This document shows, one piece after another, positions 27,332 to 36,811 of a stretch of 64,000 nucleotides of DNA. The notes under the pieces were generated by a model. The model ran no database searches. It was not told the DNA's origin and worked only from the letters and a program-made list of their open reading frames with translations. This DNA comes from Candidatus Iainarchaeum sp. (GTDB lineage Archaea; Iainarchaeota; Iainarchaeia; Iainarchaeales; GCA-2688035): positions 1 to 64,000 of the forward strand of contig JAFCCO010000004.1 of NCBI GenBank assembly GCA_017610175.1. Direction: 5' to 3'. Positions within the stretch are counted from its first letter, which is position 1. Each line of letters starts with the position of its first letter. Position numbers and translations under genes: made by a program.

Positions 27332-27748
27332 ATGAAATTCAACAAGCTAATTCCCGAATTAAGCGTTTCAGACATTGAGAAAAGCCTCTGGTTTTACGCA
27401 GATGTTCTTGGCTTCAAAATAGAGTACAGGAGAAAGGAAGCGGGATTTGCTTTCATTTCATACAAAGGAAGCCAGCTGATGATTGAGCAGGTGAACGGGA
27501 AATGGGAAACCGGTCCCTTGGAAAAACCGTTCGGGCGGGGAATAAATTTCCAGATTGAAACAGATGAAATTGATTTGCTTGTTAATGGACTTAAGAGCCA
27601 CGAGCTTGAGATTAAAATGATGCCAAAAGAGAATTGGTACCGAAAGGGAAACGAACTTGTTGGAAACCGCGAGTTTCTTGTAATGGATCCCGACGGCTAT
27701 CTTTTAAGATTTGCTGAGGATCTTGGATACAAGCCAGTGCAGAAATGA
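27332..27748 (+). CDS. VOC (glyoxalase/bleomycin resistance) protein
   Basis: LIPELSV, PFGRGINFQ, DPDGYLLRF. Confidence 0.88.
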   Translation: MKFNKLIPELSVSDIEKSLWFYADVLGFKIEYRRKEAGFAFISYKGSQLMIEQVNGKWETGPLEKPFGRGINFQIETDEIDLLVNGLKSHELEIKMMPKENWYRKGNELVGNREFLVMDPDGYLLRFAEDLGYKPVQK

Positions 27749-27753
27749 CCAAT

Positions 27754-28677
27754 TCAGTAAAGCACGTCGAAAGCTTTTTTGCCCTCAATTGAAAGAAGGA
27801 AGTCATACCGGTCGTTAACGTACTTCTGGATTTTTTCAACTTCCTCTTCGTTCACGTGCCTGAATCTTCCCTGAAGCTCAAGATATTCCTTTACAGGCTT
27901 TGGCTTTTCCACTTTCTGGTTGAATTGGAGAACGCCGTTATCTATTTCGTAAAGCGGGAAAACCCTTGTCTGGATTGCAAGCCTGCTTAATTCCATTGTG
28001 TCAGCGCTCTTGCAGTGCCAGCCAACAGGGCAGACACAGTAGGCATGCAGGAAAGTTGTGTGGTTTCGGGAAAGTGCCGTCTCAACCTTTTTTTTCATGT
28101 CAAATAAGTTTGCAGGTGACATTGAAGCCACATAATTAAGCCCGTGTGCGGCAACAATGAATGCGAGTGGCTTTTTTGGCTCCTGCTTTCCGTGAATTTT
28201 CTTTCCATCGGGGCTTGTTGTTGTTGAAGCGTACGGGAAAGTTGCCCCGCTTCTCTGCACCCCTGTGTTCATATAAGCCTCGTTGTCTGTTGCAATGTAG
28301 GTAAACTTGTGCCCGCGTTCCATTGCCCCGCTCAATGCGCCAAATCCAATGTCAAACGAGGCGCCGTCTCCGCCCATTGCAATGATGTTTACGCCCTCTC
28401 TTTTGCCCTGTGCAATCAATCCACGGTCAATGCCTGAGGCAATTGCCGCTGCATTTTCAAAAGCACCGTGAACCCACGGAACTTTCCAAGCGGTTTGAGG
28501 GTAGGGTGTTGAAACAACTTCCATGCAGCCAGTTGCCTGTGCAACTATTGTGTTGGAGCCCGCTGCCTTCATTATGTGCCTTAGCACAAGCGCCTCTCCG
28601 CATCCCGCACATGCCCTGTGCCCGGAAGCAAAGTACTCGTCGTAACTAATTCCCTTAACGTCCTTCACATTAACCAC
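27754..28677 (-). CDS. porB: Pyruvate/2-oxoacid:ferredoxin oxidoreductase beta subunit
   Basis: GHRACAGCG, TGCMEV, GGDG TPP motif, DNEAYMNTG. Confidence 0.93.
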   Translation of the reverse strand: MVNVKDVKGISYDEYFASGHRACAGCGEALVLRHIMKAAGSNTIVAQATGCMEVVSTPYPQTAWKVPWVHGAFENAAAIASGIDRGLIAQGKREGVNIIAMGGDGASFDIGFGALSGAMERGHKFTYIATDNEAYMNTGVQRSGATFPYASTTTSPDGKKIHGKQEPKKPLAFIVAAHGLNYVASMSPANLFDMKKKVETALSRNHTTFLHAYCVCPVGWHCKSADTMELSRLAIQTRVFPLYEIDNGVLQFNQKVEKPKPVKEYLELQGRFRHVNEEEVEKIQKYVNDRYDFLLSIEGKKAFDVLY

Positions 28678-29801
28678 TCTCTCTTCTGCTTTCCTGTTTC
28701 AAGGTCCAGATAAACGCTTTCCATGTGGTCCAAGGTAACATCGCGCCCTCCAAGCCCTGCAATGTACCCGAACACGTCAAGACCTGGGGCGATTGCGTTA
28801 ATTTCCGTGAAAAGTGGCCCGTCTGAACCGAGGGAGATGTGCCTGTCAAGAACAGCAAGCCTTGTAAGCTTCTTAAATGCTTTTTTAAGTGCCTCAACAG
28901 GGAATGGCCTGTAAGACCTAAGCCTTATCACCCCAACCTTCTTCCCTTTCGCCCTAAGTTCCTCTGCTTTTGCCTTTGCCGTTCCGCAGATTGTTCCCAT
29001 TGCAAGAATGGCGTATTCGGCGTCATCCATTTTGTAAAGTTCAATTAGCCCGTCGCCGTAGCCTCTGCCAAAAAGCTTTTTGTAGTCAAGATTTGCCTTC
29101 TTGATTACATCAATTGCGTTAATCATTGCGTCCTGCTGCTGTTTCTTGAAGTTCATGAAAGAGTCAGGCAGTCCGATTGGCCCGAATGTTTTCGGGTTTT
29201 TCACATCAAGAATGTCTTCCCTCTTAAACGGGGGCAGGAATGAATCAACCTGCTTTTGTTCAGGGATATCGACATTTTCAAACACATGGGTTAATGAAAA
29301 CCCGTCGAGGCACATCATCACAGGCATTTGGACATTTTTGTCCTCCGCAATCTTGTAGCACTGGATTATTGTGTCAATACATTCCTGGCTTGATTCAACG
29401 TAAAACTGTACCCATCCCTGGTCACGGGCTGAGACCGCATCGCTGTGGTCGTTCCAAATGTTAATTGGCCCAGCAACCGCCCTGTTTGCAACAGCCATAA
29501 CTGCAGGAAGCCTCATTCCACTCAAGATTGGCAAAATTTCGTACATCAATTCAAAGCCGTTGCTGCTTGTCGCGGTAAAGCTTCTTGCACCGGTAAGAAT
29601 TGATCCAATAAGTGCGGATGCAGCTGAGTGCTCTGACTCAACGTGAATCATTTCGGCATCCATTTCCCCGTCAAAAATGTAGTCTGAAATCCTTTCAGGA
29701 ATGTGTGTGGAAGGGGTTATGGGATACATTGGGCATACCTTTACCCTTGAAAGCTTTGCACCGAGCGCAACAGCCTCGCTTGCCTCAATAACAGTCTTCA
29801 T
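28665..29801 (-). CDS. porA: Pyruvate/2-oxoacid:ferredoxin oxidoreductase alpha subunit
   Basis: YPITPST, ESEHSA, TATSS, NRA, GLGGRD. Confidence 0.93.
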   Translation of the reverse strand: MKTVIEASEAVALGAKLSRVKVCPMYPITPSTHIPERISDYIFDGEMDAEMIHVESEHSAASALIGSILTGARSFTATSSNGFELMYEILPILSGMRLPAVMAVANRAVAGPINIWNDHSDAVSARDQGWVQFYVESSQECIDTIIQCYKIAEDKNVQMPVMMCLDGFSLTHVFENVDIPEQKQVDSFLPPFKREDILDVKNPKTFGPIGLPDSFMNFKKQQQDAMINAIDVIKKANLDYKKLFGRGYGDGLIELYKMDDAEYAILAMGTICGTAKAKAEELRAKGKKVGVIRLRSYRPFPVEALKKAFKKLTRLAVLDRHISLGSDGPLFTEINAIAPGLDVFGYIAGLGGRDVTLDHMESVYLDLETGKQKREWLM

Positions 29802-30112
29802 TTCTGCTCCAACTCCTTGCTTATTGCCTTAACCGGGCATTCCCTGAAGCAAATCAGGCATCCCTTGCAGTAGTCATAGTTTATGCGATACTTCCCGTCC
29901 TTGTCAATATAAATTGCCGCATCAGGGCAGACTCTCCAGCAGGTACCGCACTTGATGCAGGTTTTTTGGTCAATTACCGGGCGAAATGTTCTCCAGCTTC
30001 CGGTGTGGTACTTCTTGGTGTTTCCGGGAGTCCTGATTACTGCACCGGTATTAAGCGGAATTGACTCCTTGGCCACATCCCCAACTGTTTCCTTTCTGGT
30101 CACCCTTGGCAC
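29798..30112 (-). CDS. porD: Oxidoreductase delta (ferredoxin) subunit
   Basis: TGSWRTFRP, CIKCGTCWRVCP, YCKGCLICFRECP. Confidence 0.93.
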   Translation of the reverse strand: MPRVTRKETVGDVAKESIPLNTGAVIRTPGNTKKYHTGSWRTFRPVIDQKTCIKCGTCWRVCPDAAIYIDKDGKYRINYDYCKGCLICFRECPVKAISKELEQK

Positions 30113-30667
30113 CTACTTCATCCCCTTTGCTTTTTCGTAGAGAACACGGCAGGCTTCCTTGTTGAGGCCTGCAATCTTTCCCTTTTCCGCAAAGCGTTCA
30201 TCAATTGCCTTGTTAAGTGCTTCAATTGAAACCTCGCCGGTCATTGCGGCAAATGCCCCCAAAGCCGCTATGTTTACAAACGGCTTGCCTATTACCTCAA
30301 GCGCAACCTTTGTTATGTCAATTGATTTTGCATCAAAACCTTTGAGCCCAAGCTCAGAGGGTGTTTTGTTGCTGTTAACAATTATTAAAGCATCCTTCTT
30401 CAGTCCCTTTGTGACATCAACGTTTGCCATAAGGGAGGGGTCGAGAACAATAACGTAAGCAGGACTGTAAACGTGTGACCTGACATTAATGTGCTTGTCG
30501 TCAATTCGTGTGTAGCTTTCAACAGGAGCCCCTGTCCGTTCAACACCAAAATTTGGAAAGGCCTGGGTGAATTTCCCGTCGTGGAAAGCGGCAATTGCCA
30601 AAACCTGGCTGCTGGTTACAGCCCCCTGTCCACCTCGCCCGTGAAAGCGAACTTCTTTCAGAACCAT
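30113..30667 (-). CDS. porG: Oxidoreductase gamma subunit
   Basis: RFHGRGGQG, FGVERTGAPV. Confidence 0.93.
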   Translation of the reverse strand: MVLKEVRFHGRGGQGAVTSSQVLAIAAFHDGKFTQAFPNFGVERTGAPVESYTRIDDKHINVRSHVYSPAYVIVLDPSLMANVDVTKGLKKDALIIVNSNKTPSELGLKGFDAKSIDITKVALEVIGKPFVNIAALGAFAAMTGEVSIEALNKAIDERFAEKGKIAGLNKEACRVLYEKAKGMK

Positions 30668-30722
30668 ACACTCTAAAATAAGAGAAAAATATTATAAAGG
30701 CAAGCCACCTACATTTTTAACC

Positions 30723-30995
30723 ATGCCAAGATGCAGAATTATTGTTAAAGGGCGAGTACAAGGGGTTGGATTCAGGTTCTTTGTCTCAAGAACAGCCAAC
30801 GGCATGGGATTGAAGGGATTTGTAAGAAACCTGCCAAACGGATGCGTTGAGGCTATTGCAGAGGGAAGCAAGGAATTGCTTGAAAGATTTGTAAAACTGC
30901 TTGCAGACGGCCCGATTACTTCCTCCGTTGAAGACCTCGAAATTAAGTGGGAAGAGGAAAAAGGCGAATTTCAGGGATTTGGAATAAACTATTAA
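30723..30995 (+). CDS. acyP: Acylphosphatase
   Basis: GRVQGVGFR, GFVRN. Confidence 0.93.
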   Translation: MPRCRIIVKGRVQGVGFRFFVSRTANGMGLKGFVRNLPNGCVEAIAEGSKELLERFVKLLADGPITSSVEDLEIKWEEEKGEFQGFGINY

Positions 30996-31480
30996 ACCGC
31001 CTTTACAACAAAAGTGAGCTGGTCCTCATACTTCTTCTCACCCTGAACAAAGAGCGAAAGCTTTACTTTGTATGAACCGCTGTTTATTTCCTTGCCCGGG
31101 TTTGGCCTTATAACAAACGGGTCAAGGGTCCGTTCCGTTCCTGAAGCCATTGAATCAATTCTTCTCGATGCAGGCGAAATAATAAGGTTGCCGCTTCCAA
31201 TCTCCTCAACACGCACAACCAAGGACGACTCAGTCTGCACGGACGTATTGAAAACGTTTACATTAAGCATTGAGCTGGCCGCAGCGTGCTCGGAAAGGTC
31301 AAGTGGGTTGGGGGAAAGTGAAAAGGACAACGGTTTTGGCTTGAGTGCCTCATTAAGCGAAACAAGCAGTGCAACCGCAACAATAATTGCCAAAATTGCC
31401 AGAACAGGATACTTCAGCTGCCTGAGCGAAATGTTTATCGACGGCAGTGAAAAACTGTTGTCGTCGTCGTATATTCCCAT
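30992..31480 (-). CDS. Membrane-anchored protein with Ig-like extracellular domain
   Basis: One N-terminal TM helix, beta-rich remainder. Confidence 0.65.
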   Translation of the reverse strand: MGIYDDDNSFSLPSINISLRQLKYPVLAILAIIVAVALLVSLNEALKPKPLSFSLSPNPLDLSEHAAASSMLNVNVFNTSVQTESSLVVRVEEIGSGNLIISPASRRIDSMASGTERTLDPFVIRPNPGKEINSGSYKVKLSLFVQGEKKYEDQLTFVVKAV

Positions 31481-31519
31481 AGCTTAAAATAAGTGCCTTT
31501 TGCTTAATAAAAGGTTTCA

Positions 31520-32851
31520 TCAGGCGCTTTCATAGTAGTGTTTAAGTTCCCATTCGGTAACCTGGGCGCTGTAGTCCCCCCACTCCCTTTTCTTTATCGC
31601 AATATATTTCTCAAAAAGCTCTTCACCCAAAGTAGCCCTTACAACCTTGTCCTTGCGCAATTCCCCAATTGCCGAATTCAGTGAGTCCGGCAGGGTTTCA
31701 ATTCCGCTTTCAGCCAGTTGTTTCTCGCTGAAGGAGTGGACATTTCCATCAATTGGGGTTGGCAACTCAGCCCCCTTGCTGATTCCATCCAGCCCTGCTT
31801 CAAGCATTATGGCAAGGGCAAGATATGGATTGCAGCTCGTGTCAGGGCACCTCAGTTCAGCTCTTGTGCTCTGTTCTCTCCCTTCGCTGACCCTTGGAAT
31901 TCTTATCAGCGCGCTTCTGTTTATTTGAGCCCAGCAAATGTAAACAGGGGCCTCAAAGCCGGGAACAAGCCGCTTGTATGAGTTAACACTTGGGCAAAGA
32001 ATTCCAGCCATCCCCTTGGCATGGTTTAGCTGGCCTGCGATAAAACCCTTTGCATCATCACTTAAATTATGCTTGTCAGCGGAATCAAAGAAAAGATTTT
32101 TTCCCTCTGAATCAAACAGGCTCTGATGCACATGCATCCCATTGCCCGCATCTCCAAAAACCGGCTTTGGCATAAATGACGCATAAAGGCCATGGTGGTG
32201 GGATATGTTTTTTGCCACATGTTTGAAGGTGGAAACATTGTCGGCTGCGGTTAATGCATCGGCATATTTAAAATTAATTTCATGCTGGCCGCAGCCAACC
32301 TCGTGATGCGAAGTTTCAACGGTCAGACCCATTGCCTGAAGTGCAAATATCATGTCCCGTCTTACATCGGTTGCAAGGTCTTTTGGGGCAAAATCAAAAT
32401 AGCCCGCTGAGTCGTGCGGAATCGCTTTTTGGGAATCTTGGTCGCCCTTGAAGAGAAAAAATTCCATTTCAGGGCCTGCCATAAAATTAAAGCCCTGCTT
32501 CTTTGCTTTGTCCACCGCTTTCTTTAGGGTGTTTCGCGGGTCACAGGGGGACTGGGTGCCGTTCGGGGAGAAAACATCACACAATACCCTTACAGTGTTG
32601 CAGCCGTTGTTTTTCCAGGGTAAAACAGAGTATGTTACATGGTCGGGAACAAGGTACATGTCGGATTCCGCAAGCCTTGCAAATCCCTCTATACTGCTGC
32701 CGTCAAACCAGGCACCCTTTTCAAGCACTTCCTCCAGGCGCTCAACAGGGATTGTGACACTTTTAAGGCCGCCAAGCAAGTCCATAAACATTAGCTCGAC
32801 AAGCCTGACCTTGTCAGATTTTGCTTTGTTTAACAAATTTTTTTCAACCAT
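31520..32851 (-). CDS. glnA: Glutamine synthetase type I
   Basis: FDGSSIEGF, GPEMEFF, HHEV, FMPKP, GNGMHVH, NSYKRLVPG, NRSALIRIP. Confidence 0.95.
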   Translation of the reverse strand: MVEKNLLNKAKSDKVRLVELMFMDLLGGLKSVTIPVERLEEVLEKGAWFDGSSIEGFARLAESDMYLVPDHVTYSVLPWKNNGCNTVRVLCDVFSPNGTQSPCDPRNTLKKAVDKAKKQGFNFMAGPEMEFFLFKGDQDSQKAIPHDSAGYFDFAPKDLATDVRRDMIFALQAMGLTVETSHHEVGCGQHEINFKYADALTAADNVSTFKHVAKNISHHHGLYASFMPKPVFGDAGNGMHVHQSLFDSEGKNLFFDSADKHNLSDDAKGFIAGQLNHAKGMAGILCPSVNSYKRLVPGFEAPVYICWAQINRSALIRIPRVSEGREQSTRAELRCPDTSCNPYLALAIMLEAGLDGISKGAELPTPIDGNVHSFSEKQLAESGIETLPDSLNSAIGELRKDKVVRATLGEELFEKYIAIKKREWGDYSAQVTEWELKHYYESA

Positions 32852-32991
32852 CAAATCACAATAAAAAAAGTGTTTCTAAAGGTTATATACTTTTTGTACA
32901 ATTTACCAAACAATACCTCTACTAAAAAGCTTTTTTTAAAACAAATGTTTAAAATTACTTCCACACAGTAAACTTTTTTGAACGATTGAAT

Positions 32992-33435
32992 ATGAAAATC
33001 GACAAAACCGACCAGGAAATAATCAACCTTCTGCTGGGCAATGCAAAACTTTCATTCAGAAAACTTGCCAAAAAAGCAGGCGTCAGTGTTGCAACTGCAA
33101 TGAACAGGGTTAAAAGGCTGGAAAAAGAGGGAATAATAAAGGGTTATTCTGCAGAGCTTGACTATGAAAAACTCGGCTACGAGTTTGACGCAATAGTCGA
33201 GGTACGGGTTTCGCACGGAAAATTGTACGAAGTCGAGGAAAAAATTTCACAAAACCCAAATGTCACCGCAATATATGATGCAACCGGGGAATTTGACATA
33301 ACACTCATATGCAAATTCAAAAACAGAAGGCAACTCAACAACTTTGTTAAATCACTGCAAACCATCAAATATGTTGAGCGAACCCTGACAAAGTTGGTGC
33401 TGAAAACAATTAAAGAAAAGGCAATAAAGGTTTAG
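32992..33435 (+). CDS. Lrp/AsnC-family regulator, divergent from glnA
   Basis: IDKTD..IL, RVKRLEKEGII, TGEFD. Confidence 0.92.
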   Translation: MKIDKTDQEIINLLLGNAKLSFRKLAKKAGVSVATAMNRVKRLEKEGIIKGYSAELDYEKLGYEFDAIVEVRVSHGKLYEVEEKISQNPNVTAIYDATGEFDITLICKFKNRRQLNNFVKSLQTIKYVERTLTKLVLKTIKEKAIKV

Positions 33436-33722
33436 GGCAACGTGAAAAGCCGATCATCGCCCTTTCCGTCAAGAATTTTTGCGCGAACTCCCGCATCAAG
33501 CCAGGCATGGGCGTAACTGTAGGCGGCAAGAGCAAGCAACAGCTTGCCATGCAGCTCAAAGTGCTTTGCGTCCTCAAAATAGTTGCGCGCCATGGAAAGA
33601 AAGTCCTTTGCACGCTTAAAATCAACTGTTCCCTTTTTTGCAATTATGCTTGCCTTTTCAAGGGCCTCCCTGGTAAGTTTCCTGTACTGCTCAACCCTTT
33701 CCTCAAGCTCGTGACTACTCAT
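33432..33722 (-). CDS. DUF357 archaeal protein
   Basis: MARNYFEDAKHF..ALAAYSYAHAWLDAG. Confidence 0.88.
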   Translation of the reverse strand: MSSHELEERVEQYRKLTREALEKASIIAKKGTVDFKRAKDFLSMARNYFEDAKHFELHGKLLLALAAYSYAHAWLDAGVRAKILDGKGDDRLFTLP

Positions 33723-34476
33723 AGCCAGCCAACTCCCTCAAAGCCTCTTTCTCCTTGTCATTCAGGTCCCCTGCAATAATCAAGGACTGCGGAAAAGCGG
33801 CATAGGATGAACGCTTAAGTTCTGTTGGCTTTCCTGCCTTAATTTGTTCACTGCCGGCTCCAATCCCGTAAAGACCCACTGCAACAGATTCTGAAACAAT
33901 TGGCTTGCCGCGTTTCTTTTCAATCTTTTCAAGAATGGAGAGGGCATCACCAACGCTCATATACAATTCCTTTTCCGCATCAATGTCCAAAAGGCAGAGG
34001 GTGTGAAGCCCAGATTTCTTGTTTGCCTCAATGATGTCATAAAAGGACTCTGGAGCATAATTTTTCTGGGGCGTAACAATTGTGCAGGTTCTTCCAAACT
34101 TGTAAACGTCAAGCCCTGTGTTCCCAAGAAAATCAAATATGCTTAGGCCCGCAATTGCCTTTGACTTTATTCCCTGCTTTTTTGCATCAAGCAAAACCTG
34201 CACATGGGTTGTGGCATTAAGTGGGTTTCCAAAAATAAGCAGTGCAACGTCCTCCTGCTTTGCCCCTTTCAGCAGAAGCTCAAACCCCTGCTCAACACCG
34301 TCGCGCTTAAGCTCAATAAACTTTTTTCCAGTGGACTTCTCCAATTCAAAAATGCTACCCTCACTGTACTTGGAGGTGTATGATTCAAAAAACACCTTGG
34401 AACAGGATTCAATTGCCTCTTTGGCCTCGATGGTAATCTGCTTTGGGTTAAGCCCTACGCCTATCAAGTAAAACAT
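33715..34476 (-). CDS. dph5: Diphthine synthase
   Basis: FYLIGVGL, ESYTS, GNPLNATTH, YKFGRT, GLHTLCLLD. Confidence 0.93.
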   Translation of the reverse strand: MFYLIGVGLNPKQITIEAKEAIESCSKVFFESYTSKYSEGSIFELEKSTGKKFIELKRDGVEQGFELLLKGAKQEDVALLIFGNPLNATTHVQVLLDAKKQGIKSKAIAGLSIFDFLGNTGLDVYKFGRTCTIVTPQKNYAPESFYDIIEANKKSGLHTLCLLDIDAEKELYMSVGDALSILEKIEKKRGKPIVSESVAVGLYGIGAGSEQIKAGKPTELKRSSYAAFPQSLIIAGDLNDKEKEALRELAGYE

Positions 34477-34508
34477 TTTTTATCAAAAAAAATCTTAGTG
34501 GAACAGGT

Positions 34509-36158
34509 TTAAATCTTTGCCGCTGCGGCCCTGTCGGCAAAAATGCCCGCTCCAAAATGCGGTCGGAGAACTGCTGCAGGACAGCCTTTAACCCCGCCCT
34601 TCAACGCACACCTAACCGCCTTTGCCTTGTTTTTCCCCGAAGCAAGAAGCAAAATGCTGCGGCTGTTTCCCACAATGGTTTTCAGGCCAACAGTAAGGGC
34701 CTGTGCGGGAGCAATTCCATCCTTAAAACCCCCGCCGTTTACTTTCCTCGTTTGCTTTGAAAGCCTTACAACACGGGTTGCACTTTTCGGGGAACTTCCG
34801 GGCTCATTGAATGCAATGTGGCCGTTTTGCCCAATTCCCAGAAGGCAAAGATCAATCTTAAAATGTTTAATTGCCGATTCGTGGGCACGGCACTCCCTTT
34901 TGAGGTTGCCAATTGAACCATCCAGAAGGAAAACGTTCCTGTGCCTTGCCCTCACTTTAAGCAAAAAGTGTTTCATAAGAAAGTGGCTGAAGCTGTTTTT
35001 GTTTTCAGGAGAAAGCCCTGCATATTCATCAAGGGCAAAGAACCTCACATTTCTGAAATCAACTTCGCCCCGCTTGCTTGCACCCACAAGAAGGCTGTAA
35101 AGTTTCTTTGGGGTTTCACCCGTTGGCAAAGCAATTGATGCGTTGGGTTTTCTGTTAACAAGTTCTATTACTTTGGCGGCTGCGGCCTTGCTCAGCTCAC
35201 TGTGATTTTTGAATACCGAAACAATGGGGCTTGAATTTGAGCTGATAAATTTCATTAAGCCCTTGCCCTTTGCGGCAACAAGACCGTGCGCAACAATTGT
35301 TTTTGATGCAACAAAGTTCCCTGCACGCATGCAGTTAAAAAGTGAGAATCTGTTCATCAGGCCAAACACAAACCCCGCATTGAATGCGTCACCCGCCCCT
35401 GTTGTATCAACAGCCTTTGCTTTAATTGCGGGAACATCAACTGCTTGCGCCCCCTTTACAAACAGGCTCACCCCAAGCCTGCCCCTCTTCAAAATTACCG
35501 CGCCGGTCACTTTCTTAAGCAGGCTCTGCACCCTTGCAGTTTCTGAATTTCCCTTTACAATGTGCTTCAGCTCAACCTCGTTAGTGAAAAGGAAATCAAT
35601 AAACGGAAAGAATTTGTTAAGCGTCCAAATGTTTGCGGTGTCAAAGCAGGTGTCAAAGCACACGATTGCTTTCTTTGCCCTAAGTTTTTTTAGCAACGGA
35701 ACAAAGCCGGCGCGCAACTTCTTTAGATGATAGAAGCCACCAAAGAAAACCACGTCATCGGCGCGGACTTTTGATAAAATCCGCGATGCGACATCTGAAG
35801 CTGTAATTCCTGAAAGGCAATTCTTTTTTGAAAGAATTGCTCTGCCCCCGTCTTGCCTGATTGATATTACACTGAATGCATTCCCTTTAGTGCTTTCCAC
35901 AAGGGAGAAGCCAACGTGTGCCTTCTTCAATCCCTTTTTCAGAAATGATGTTGCAAAGTCTTTTCCAATTGCACTAACAAGCACCGGCTCCAACCCAAGC
36001 TTTGAGGCGAAGACCGAGAAGTTTGCGGCATTTCCCCCTATTGAAAAATCAAGCGAGTTAAGCGCGTGCTCTTCACCAAAAACAGGTCGGGACAAAATGC
36101 CCTGCAGGACATCCACGCAAAGATCCCCTACCGCAAAAAGCCTTCTTTCATGAGCCAT
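34509..36158 (-). CDS. nagB: Fusion of PfkB/ribokinase-family sugar kinase and glucosamine-6-phosphate deaminase (NagB)
   Basis: GGNAAN and DTTGAGDAFNAG (PfkB); LPTGETP, ALDEY, GIGQNGHIAFNEPG (NagB). Confidence 0.88.
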   Translation of the reverse strand: MAHERRLFAVGDLCVDVLQGILSRPVFGEEHALNSLDFSIGGNAANFSVFASKLGLEPVLVSAIGKDFATSFLKKGLKKAHVGFSLVESTKGNAFSVISIRQDGGRAILSKKNCLSGITASDVASRILSKVRADDVVFFGGFYHLKKLRAGFVPLLKKLRAKKAIVCFDTCFDTANIWTLNKFFPFIDFLFTNEVELKHIVKGNSETARVQSLLKKVTGAVILKRGRLGVSLFVKGAQAVDVPAIKAKAVDTTGAGDAFNAGFVFGLMNRFSLFNCMRAGNFVASKTIVAHGLVAAKGKGLMKFISSNSSPIVSVFKNHSELSKAAAAKVIELVNRKPNASIALPTGETPKKLYSLLVGASKRGEVDFRNVRFFALDEYAGLSPENKNSFSHFLMKHFLLKVRARHRNVFLLDGSIGNLKRECRAHESAIKHFKIDLCLLGIGQNGHIAFNEPGSSPKSATRVVRLSKQTRKVNGGGFKDGIAPAQALTVGLKTIVGNSRSILLLASGKNKAKAVRCALKGGVKGCPAAVLRPHFGAGIFADRAAAAKI

Positions 36159-36213
36159 TCAGGCATTTAATAGTATAAATTTGTATTTAACCCTTTTGCA
36201 GCAATTTTTCTGC

Positions 36214-36810
36214 ATGAAAAAGGCGTTAGTTGTGGTCGCACACCCTGATGACGAAACTATTTGGTGCGGCGGAACAATATTGTCAAATCCAGACAGGGCT
36301 TGGACAATAATAAGCCTTTGCAGAAAAGACGACCCGGACAGGGCACCCAAATTCAAAAAAGTGTGCGCAAAACTGAATGCAAAATGCGCGATCTCAAACC
36401 TTGATGATGAAAACGTTGAGAAGCCTGTTGCACTTGAAGAGATTAAGTCACGGGTTGAGTCAATGCTTGCAGAGCTTAATGCGGGGAGTGAATTTGATTT
36501 TATTTTCACGCACGGCGCAACCGGTGAGTACGGACACCGCAGGCACCGCGAAGTTCACCGCGCAGTTATCGAACTGCTTGGCTCCAAGAAGCTTCGCGCG
36601 CACAAAGTTCTCTTCTTCAACTACAAGTTGGACGCGAGTGACGCGTTCTGCACACCGGATGAGCGCGGCGCGGCGCATGTCGAGCGGCTCGGCAACGAGA
36701 TTGCGCGAAAGAAATGTTTATTAATCACTTCAACGTATGGATTTAATGAGAAAAGCTTTGAAACGCTAAGCGCACAAAGCAAAGAAACATTTAAAGTGGT
36801 TGATCGGTGA
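36214..36810 (+). CDS. PIG-L/LmbE-family N-acetylhexosamine deacetylase
   Basis: AHPDDE, TH..GEYGH..H. Confidence 0.88.
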   Translation: MKKALVVVAHPDDETIWCGGTILSNPDRAWTIISLCRKDDPDRAPKFKKVCAKLNAKCAISNLDDENVEKPVALEEIKSRVESMLAELNAGSEFDFIFTHGATGEYGHRRHREVHRAVIELLGSKKLRAHKVLFFNYKLDASDAFCTPDERGAAHVERLGNEIARKKCLLITSTYGFNEKSFETLSAQSKETFKVVDR

Positions 36811-36811
36811 A

